From: Spizellomyces punctatus DAOM BR117
Lineage: Eukaryota
Direction: 5' to 3' (one strand)
NCBI GenBank assembly: GCA_000182565.2
Contig: KQ257471.1
DNA length: 52,598 bases
Shown in pieces: positions 48,587-52,598 of this stretch. The notes below the pieces were generated by a model. The model was not told the DNA's origin. It was given only the letters and a program-made list of their open reading frames with translations, and ran no database searches. The position numbers and the translations under genes are program-made. Position 1 is the stretch's first letter, and each line of letters begins with the position of its first letter.

Positions 48587-50406
48587 ATGGCTACTATTGA
48601 CGAAAAGAAAGACCCTATCGGGCTAGTTGAAGGCGGTGTACTGGACGAAATGGACGAGGAGGCTCGTCGTCACGCCGAGCTCGAGGCAAAGCTCAACAAA
48701 GACCTCGATGAGAAGATCCTTTCCAACCCGAACTCCTTCCCCAAGGCCGTTTTCTTCATTATCCCCAATGAGATGGGAGAGCGATTCTGTTTCTACGGTA
48801 TCAACCCTCTTCTCAAGGATTATCTCAAGGAGTTTGTTGGTTACAAGTCCAACAAGGCTGAAGCTATGGTCCACGTTTACAAATCCGTCACCTACTTCTT
48901 CCCTCTTGTTGGTGCCGCGATTTCCGACTCTTTCTTGGACAAGTACAAGACAATCGTGTCCTTGTCCACCTTCTACCTCCTTGGTGTCTCTCTCTTGGCT
49001 ATATTTTCTAAGCCCGGTGTGATCGGCACACCACCAACGGTTCCCGAATGGGGCCCTTTGCTCGGTCTCTTCCTCATCGCATTCGGCACGGGAGGTATCA
49101 AGCCCTGTGTGTCCTCTCACGGTGGTGATCAGTTCTTGTCTGTGCAAAAGCTTGAACTGAACAAGTTCTATAACTGTAAGTCGACATCCATATTGAAATC
49201 AGGCTCTATCCCCATCCAACGGTATTAACATCCTCCGTTAATATGTAGACTTCTACATGTCCATCAACGTCGGAGCTGTTGCTGCCGGTTTCATCACCCC
49301 CGCCATTAAAAACAGAAGCTGCTACGATCTCGCTGGAGGAAAGGACTGTTACGCTTGGGCTTTCGGTGTCTGTGCCATGGCCTTCGCCCTTGCTATGTCT
49401 GTCTTCATTATCGGAAAGNNNNNNNNNNNNNNNNNNNNNNNNNNNNNNNNNNNNNNNNNNNNNNNNNNNNNNNNNNNNNNNNNNNNNNNNNNNNNNNNNN
49501 NNNNNNNNNNNNNNNNNNCGGTCCAATTTATCCCATGGCAATTGTTCAAGACCGCCCGTTTCCTATTCCCAAGAATGCTCTTACAAACGGCTTCAACCAC
49601 GAGAAGGCAAAAGCTGCAGCTTCCGAGTCCCAGGGTGAAACTAATGTGATCGAGCTATTTGATCTTCTCCGCGTCATTATGGTTATTTCCCCCGCGCCCT
49701 TCTTCTGGATGGCATTCGACCAGAACAATACTTCATGGCAATCTCTTACTGATCAAATGAACCGAAGTGTTTGGCCATCGTCTGAGACTATCAACGCCGT
49801 CATGAACCCCTTGCTGATTGTTATCCTCGCACCTATCTGGGCCAACTTCATCTACCCTGCCATTGAACGTCGAGTGCAATTTGGTCTCTTGAGACGTATG
49901 GTCGTCGGAATGATTCTCTGTGGTCTTGCCTTCATCGTTTGCGGTATTATCCAAAATCGTGTCAGCAGCAACTGTGTTGTCCGTGAGTTCACAAATGCGG
50001 GCGTCACGTCAACTGAGTGCATTGACGACGGAATCAGCACACCCATCTTTATCATTCCATACTTCATTATGACTACTGGTGAGATTTTGTTCTCCATCTC
50101 CGGATTGAACTTCACCTACATGGAAGTCGGCAAGCGAACAAAGTCATCCTGTGCTGCCCTGTGGTTGTTGGGAACCGCTCTTGGAAACGTCTTTGTAAGT
50201 TTGCAACAAGTTCTTTCTGACGATTTGACCGCATCGATGCTCATCAATTCAATCTGTAGGCCACGGCACTTTTCGAGTCACCCATTGGTGATACTGACCA
50301 CACCGGCCGTGCAAAGTTCTTCTACATCAACGCGGGTATCTGCTTTGGTGCATCTATCCTTCAGATGTTCCTCAACCGTTTCTACGTCTACAAGGCTGAC
50401 CGATAG
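48587..50406 (+). CDS. PTR2: Proton-dependent oligopeptide transporter (POT/PTR2), spans the assembly gap
   Basis: NEMGERFCFYG, GAAISDSFLDKYKTI, GTGGIKPCVSSHGGDQF, FYMSINVGA, FWMAFDQ, GEILFSISGLNFTY. Confidence 0.95.
49419..49518. other. Assembly gap (100 N)
   Basis: Run of n characters inside the PTR2 gene. Confidence 1.
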
Positions 50407-50681
50407 GCTGGCCGGAGTTGTTTTGGAGAATGCAGTGTATTCTAGTGGATTAGGAGTCGACGGTGTTACCATCTCACTGTACAGAGTAGCTTCTATGAGT
50501 AAAAAGTATAGCCTACAATATGTAACAGTTGCTCATTGCAGCAAGTCTTTTGTCAAGTCATTGACCTTAGGAGATCCTTGAATTGGCGATTACCTAATAT
50601 ATATGCTTAGCCACTTAACATTGCCACTTGAGGCGTGGCTGTGCAGTAGGGTTCGGTGCTGAGTCGACGACCTATTCCACA

Positions 50682-52298
50682 ATGTCGCTGAGATCTCAAG
50701 GACGACCAGTAGCGTCCCGACCTGCCATGAGTAGTTTCAAATACTGAAATCCGCTGTGAATATTTTTTTCTTCACCATATTGGTACACAACCGTTGCTTC
50801 GAACGTTTTCTCGCACATAAGGGCCACTACGGTTTGCAGCAATGGGCAACATTTGCGCTGCCGGCGTGCACACTTCGACGGACGCCTATGAGCGTGAACG
50901 ACAGATGTTTCTATCACAAGACGTGGCAGATGGAGTAGTTGAACCCACCTATGTAAAAGCTAAGGGAATGACAATCGAGAAGATCACGGTGAGCAAGAAA
51001 AAGTTGGGCAAGAAACTCTGGGGCGCTGCTCCTGCTGCAGGTTGTATGGAATGTCGTCAAACTCTGTTTACATCCAACAGTGCTGACTGACTGGTATTTA
51101 GAACCCTACTCACCTACAATCCCTACACGGACGGCCAGTTTGATTCCATTCATTTTGCTTGACCTTCCACCTGTATCGCACACCATTATGCAGTATCTTT
51201 CATATCTCGAGATTGCAAAATGCCGACAAGTTTCAAAGAGGTGGTGCGAAATAGCAACGCCGATCATGAGGTAAGAAGCCATGGGGACCTATTACAATAC
51301 AGAAATGTACAAGGTGTGCCAACAATTATGGTCCATAGGTCACATCACAGAATCCTAACTCTGATCGCCAAAAATGATCCGTCCAAACAATGGTCTGTCA
51401 AAGTCTTTCCTAGCACCCGTTACACTCTTGATCACGGCAAGATCGCCATTCAAACCTACCGACCCACCATGCCACCCACGTCGACCGATCTCGAAGCACC
51501 CGACCCATTGAGCATATTACCTGGTCGGGTAGGGGAGGTACGACTGGTTCCTTTCAATTTGGGTGAAGCAAGGGTATTTGATCGAGGGTGCGGAGAAGAT
51601 GGGTTTGCTGTTGGCTTGTTGGATAAGTGGGACGCCGATGGTGTATTTGGGGAATGGGTTTTTGGGGAAACGTTTTGGATTGAGTTCATGACGGGGGGTG
51701 CTCGGGGAGTGGAGGTTTTTGGAGTGGCAGTTGGTACGTTCCAATGTCCCCTATTTTCTATTCATCTGTTAGTGTCATACTCATATGGGGACCGTTGTAC
51801 GCTTCTCGTCCAGATTCTCAACCCATCTACTCAACGTCACGAAAAGCGCATTTGGAAGCCCTTTACAAATCCCTTTCATACCCATCCACTGAGCTTCAAG
51901 CCTTAACCCACCATCCCTCACTCCTTCGATATCTGTCTACTCCATTAACGACCCGCACAGCAGCTTACCGATCTATCCTTGGGTACGCCCTCGGAGCAGG
52001 GAGCATTGAAACTGGTACACACGTCCTCTCGGATGCAATAGCCCGTCTTGATCGTGTGATGCACCGTGTGGAGATTCTGATGCGGGTTGAGGGACGGCAG
52101 GAAAAGATGCGTGAGTATGTTTCGGAAGGAGTGAGGATTTGGCAAGGAGTTAAAGGGTGGGAGGCTGTGATGAGGGTCGCAGGATATCAGGGAAGATTGG
52201 ATGATGAGGAACGTGTTTGGGCATTTTTGTGGCAGGTTGTTGTTCCTGGGTTGGCTGGCCCGGGCGCATGGTCTGCGGATGAGTGGGATGTTGTTTGA
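50682..52298 (+). CDS. F-box domain protein (multi-exon, start approximate)
   Basis: ILLDLPPVSHTIMQYLSYLEIAKCRQVSKRWCEIA F-box consensus; downstream ORFs 51220-51906 and 51744-52298. Confidence 0.7.
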
Positions 52299-52598
52299 GG
52301 ACTGATTATCTTTCATGTAAATTTATTGCATATCTGATCGTGAAGAACACTTTCTTTGGGATGGCCTTTAGCATGTTTTTTTGGTGTCAATCAAACAAGC
52401 AAACAATGAACCATGTGGACCAGAGTGTCGAAACAAGCAGAGTACAAATAAAGTTGAAAGGATTCTGGTTGACAGGACGTAGCACTAAGAAAAAAAAGGA
52501 GGAGACCATAGGTTTTGGCACACGATTGTGCGAAATGCGATACATCGATCGACGAATGGAATGTTTCAGTAAGATGAGATGCTGTAGATGCAGAGGAG

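Noticed and set aside
49419-49518. Disruption of PTR2
   Set aside because: Assembly gap of nominal length, so the frame change across it is uninformative

Overview
Intron-rich eukaryotic DNA from a flagellated (chytrid-like) fungus, most consistent with Spizellomyces or a relative. This is inferred from short GT-AG introns, ciliary genes (FAM149-like, ZNF474-like), a Na+/K+-type ATPase and the Fanzor-type elements. About 18 genes are supported: VPS33, MAP2, a P2C-type ATPase, ZNF474-like, FAM149-like, an Ig-repeat membrane protein, SEC2, TTI1, LRRC40-like, a beta-arrestin-like protein, an MscS-like channel, a small Myb protein, a Baeyer-Villiger monooxygenase, a sphingoid-base phosphatase, a Pex5/Pex20-like protein, a permuted papain-like protein, PTR2 and an F-box protein. 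There are also three tRNA genes and a 100-N gap. The main find is three related ~0.7-0.9 kb non-autonomous elements (3732-4600, ~4606-5290, 29105-29813). Each ends in a ~75-nt structured sequence (TTTTCCG...TTGTCG...CCCTGGTG...ACACTA) with compensatory base changes between copies. It resembles the Spizellomyces Fanzor1 omegaRNA scaffold as I recall it, and one copy sits directly after the CATA TAM. None encodes Fanzor, so they look like 'ghost' guide-RNA loci. All three carry an internal TATA box and a positionally conserved intron, and one has a perfect-hairpin MITE inserted in the RNA scaffold. Exon boundaries were read by eye and are approximate; family calls come from motif recognition, not database searches.
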